From Ginkgo biloba (taxonomy: Eukaryota; Plantae; Ginkgophyta): a stretch of DNA of 25,667 bases. The notes beneath the pieces were generated by a model. The model was given only the letters and a program-made list of their open reading frames with translations, was not told the origin of the DNA and made no database searches. Numbering within the stretch: the stretch's first letter is position 1; every line of letters begins with the position of its first letter. The position numbers were made by a program, and so were the translations under genes. Shown here piece after piece: positions 23,082 through 25,667 of the stretch. The stretch spans positions 73,446,119 through 73,471,785 of the forward strand of contig JANKJI020000002.1 in the NCBI GenBank assembly GCA_024626585.2, read 5' to 3'.

Positions 23082-23181
23082 NNNNNNNNNNNNNNNNNNN
23101 NNNNNNNNNNNNNNNNNNNNNNNNNNNNNNNNNNNNNNNNNNNNNNNNNNNNNNNNNNNNNNNNNNNNNNNNNNNNNNNNN

Positions 23182-24225
23182 AACATATCCATTTAGGAAT
23201 GCATTTTTTACATCCATTTAATAAATTATCTAGCCATGTTGTCCTGGCAACACTAATACAATTCTAATTATATCAATATTTATAACTAGTTCAAAGGTAT
23301 TTGTATAATCAATTCCTTCTTATTGTTCATATCCTTTAATAACTAACCTTACCTTATTTTTATCATGGATCCATCAACTTTGTACTGGGNNNNNNNNNNN
23401 NNNNNNNNNNNNNNNNNNNNNNNNNNNNNNTCAATGTCCAAGTATCATTTCTTAATAAGGCATAAAATTATGACTCCATTACATTATTCCATTAAACATT
23501 ATTTACTAATTCATCAAAACTTTGAGGTTAATTATTGTGCATTACATAATTCATTAATAAAAAATTGATCCAAATTTTTTGTCTACTCATCCTCCAATCA
23601 AATTTGGTGTCATGAATTTGTTATGGATTATGACTTCACTAGACTTACTTTAGAATATTATGCTATCTAAAATTTGATGAATCTTCCTCTTATGAAATTG
23701 GAATGTATTACTATTTCTTTTCCTTTTTCTATAGTTTGGTATTTTTATCTATTCCCCTATTATGTTGCATAATTTACTATACCTTTATATACTCTATTGA
23801 GTATGATTCTTCTTTTCTTAAAATAAAATAGTTTACAGGCCTTTGATTCCTCAAAGTAATATATATGAATGCATTGCACACTCTTATCCTCTATATTTAA
23901 TATTTTTTCATAAGGTACATGAGAAATATTCCACACATCCAAATATGTGGAACTGATCAATGTTTGGATTTGACCCAGTCCATGCTTCCTAAAGTGTAAC
24001 CCCAAACACCAAATTTATGGAAGATCTATTCAATAAATAAAATTTATTTTTTATAACCTTATCCCATAATTTCTCTCCAAGATTCTTTAATTTTCTCATG
24101 CATCTGGCTATTTCCATCACTATTCTATTTTTCCTCTCCTAAACTCCATTCTACTATGGTGTATATGGAGTTGGTAGCTACCTTTTGATTCCATTTTTCT
24201 TACATAATTATTTAATATCCTTAGA
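23182..24225 (-). mobile_element. pol: Decayed Ty1/copia pol: integrase C-terminal half, SH3-like domain and RT N-terminal half
   Basis: TPYTP**NGV*ERKNR..EIARCM, HVPYEK..EDKSVQCI..EESKACKLF, ALLRNDTWTL, YKVDGS..KVRLVIKGYEQ*EGIDY..TF, MDVKNAFLNG. The INT-before-RT order is diagnostic of copia. Confidence 0.93.
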
Positions 24226-24559
24226 GGTAAACTAACACAGCAGGTCAGGGGACGGAGGTGAACGGGCGAGCTGAACACTCTGTCTCCCTGCTCTGACTTT
24301 AACCATAGGATCTTTGCCATGGCAACAAGCACCACCCACGCTNNNNNNNNNNNNNNNNNNNNNNNNNNNNNNNNNNNNNNNNNNNNNNNNNNNNNNNNNN
24401 NNNNNNNNNNNNNNNNNNNNNNNNNNNNNNNNNNNNNNNNNNAATAGTCACACATGCATTAAACAACCACACCATAAACTATATACTATCTATTATGAAT
24501 AATAATGTGAAATCTAACATTAACTATATACTAGAATTATTACCCAACAAAATTAATAG

Positions 24560-25667
24560 GATGTGATGCAGGAGCATCTCAGTAGCACTTTGATGAAGTG
24601 CATAATTTTAAGGTTGTAAGAAAAGATGACATAATGACAACATTTTATGGAAATTGACAAGCATTTTGGAAGAGATTCCTTTGTGTAAAGGATATTGACA
24701 TTTTTGGAGGAGGAAAGAAGGAATACCAACATCTTTGGGGAAGGTAAAATCAACACCATCAGGTAAGAAAAGATTGACATCGATATAAGGTTGTATGACC
24801 GATATGGAAAGTTTATTAGGAGACCAACACCAATGGGAATTGGAATAAAAAGTTCATCGACATAGAATTGGATGGCTAAGTAATGAGGAATAAACAATGA
24901 AAAATAGAGATCACCAACATGAAATTGGGATTTGATGAAAGGATAGATAAGAAGTAGGCCTATGTGACTCATGACCCATGACCCAATTTAATGCACCTAA
25001 AGACCAAAGTGGGAATACTCGTAGAATAAAATATGAATATTGTAGGTACGAGAGTGAATTCACTATCCTAACTACTAGACCTCAGAGAAGCAAGAGGAAA
25101 TTTGATGCTAAGCTAGAGGTAGGAGTTATTTAAGGGCAATCATTTCTCACCAACTGAGTTGTTCATGCCCATTCTTTTGAATAAAATATAAAATCTTGGA
25201 GAGAAGAGGAAGAGGGAATTAATTGGTCTGATGTTTTAGTGGTTGGAGAGAAGAAGATAAGGAGAAGGGATTGGTTGATTCATAGAGGAAGTTGTTTGGT
25301 TGGAAGAAGGCAGAAAGAGCTCAGAGGAGAGAGACAAAAGTTGATTATAGAGCACAGAAGAAGAGCTAGCAGAGAAGCTAAGGAGGAGAGTCATNNNNNN
25401 NNNNGAGGTCATGAGTAGAGAGAGAAAAGTATCATGGAATGAGGCTATTCTATGTTCATAGATACCTAGAGAAAAAATCTTAGAGGAAGGATACTTGACA
25501 AAATGTCAAGTTAGAGACAATTAAAAGAGGAGTTGAGGATTCTTCCAAGTGTATGACAGTTGGACAGAGATTGAGTAGATATGATAATAGAGGCAACTCG
25601 TGATCCTTAGGAATATGCCCTAAAATATAAAATATTATAATTAATTATAATACCCTCCATTAAGGGA
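24560..25667. mobile_element. LTR-like purine-rich non-coding segment
   Basis: Starts TGTGATG, is strongly A/G-skewed on +, has TATAAAA at ~25187 followed by GA-rich tracts, and shows no protein motifs. Boundaries are unconfirmed. Confidence 0.3.

Noticed and set aside
22765-24225. Treating the copia gag and pol as one element
   Set aside because: They are on opposite strands and separated by a placeholder 100-N gap.
24553-24972. 139-aa hydrophobic minus-strand ORF suggesting a membrane or env-like protein
   Set aside because: The hydrophobicity is explained by the T-rich complement of an A/G-rich LTR-like strand, and there is no family motif.
1-25667. Prokaryotic systems (CRISPR array, retron, DGR, defence operon), tRNA or rRNA genes
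   Set aside because: No regularly spaced repeat-spacer array, operon structure or structural RNA signature was seen. All RTs are decayed plant LTR-retrotransposon types.

Overview
AT-rich, gap-riddled (16 N-runs, 9 of exactly 100 N) land-plant nuclear intergenic DNA, most likely from a gymnosperm or seed-free plant judging by the retroelement types (inference). There is no intact host gene, RNA gene or CRISPR array. The window is a patchwork of decayed retroelements: chromovirus-type Ty3/gypsy RT (697-1610, -); a non-chromovirus integrase followed by an extra archaeal-type RNase H (1940-3198, -); an orphan RNase H (3788-4160, -); a gypsy gag (~5690-6830, +); a long non-chromovirus gypsy pol (6931-11761, +); Ty1/copia gag and pol pieces; LTR/PBS remnants; and a 1.1-kb poly(A)-tailed retroposon with a 22-bp target-site duplication. 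Two host gene fragments are embedded: an acyl-activating enzyme and a UDP-glycosyltransferase PSPG box. The most unusual observation is that the 6931-11761 element appears to carry two extra tandem capsid (Gag)-like domains in one frame between protease and RT. Next is the integrase-then-RNase H domain order at 1940-3198. All domain calls come from manual translation and motif recognition, not database searches, and boundaries are approximate.
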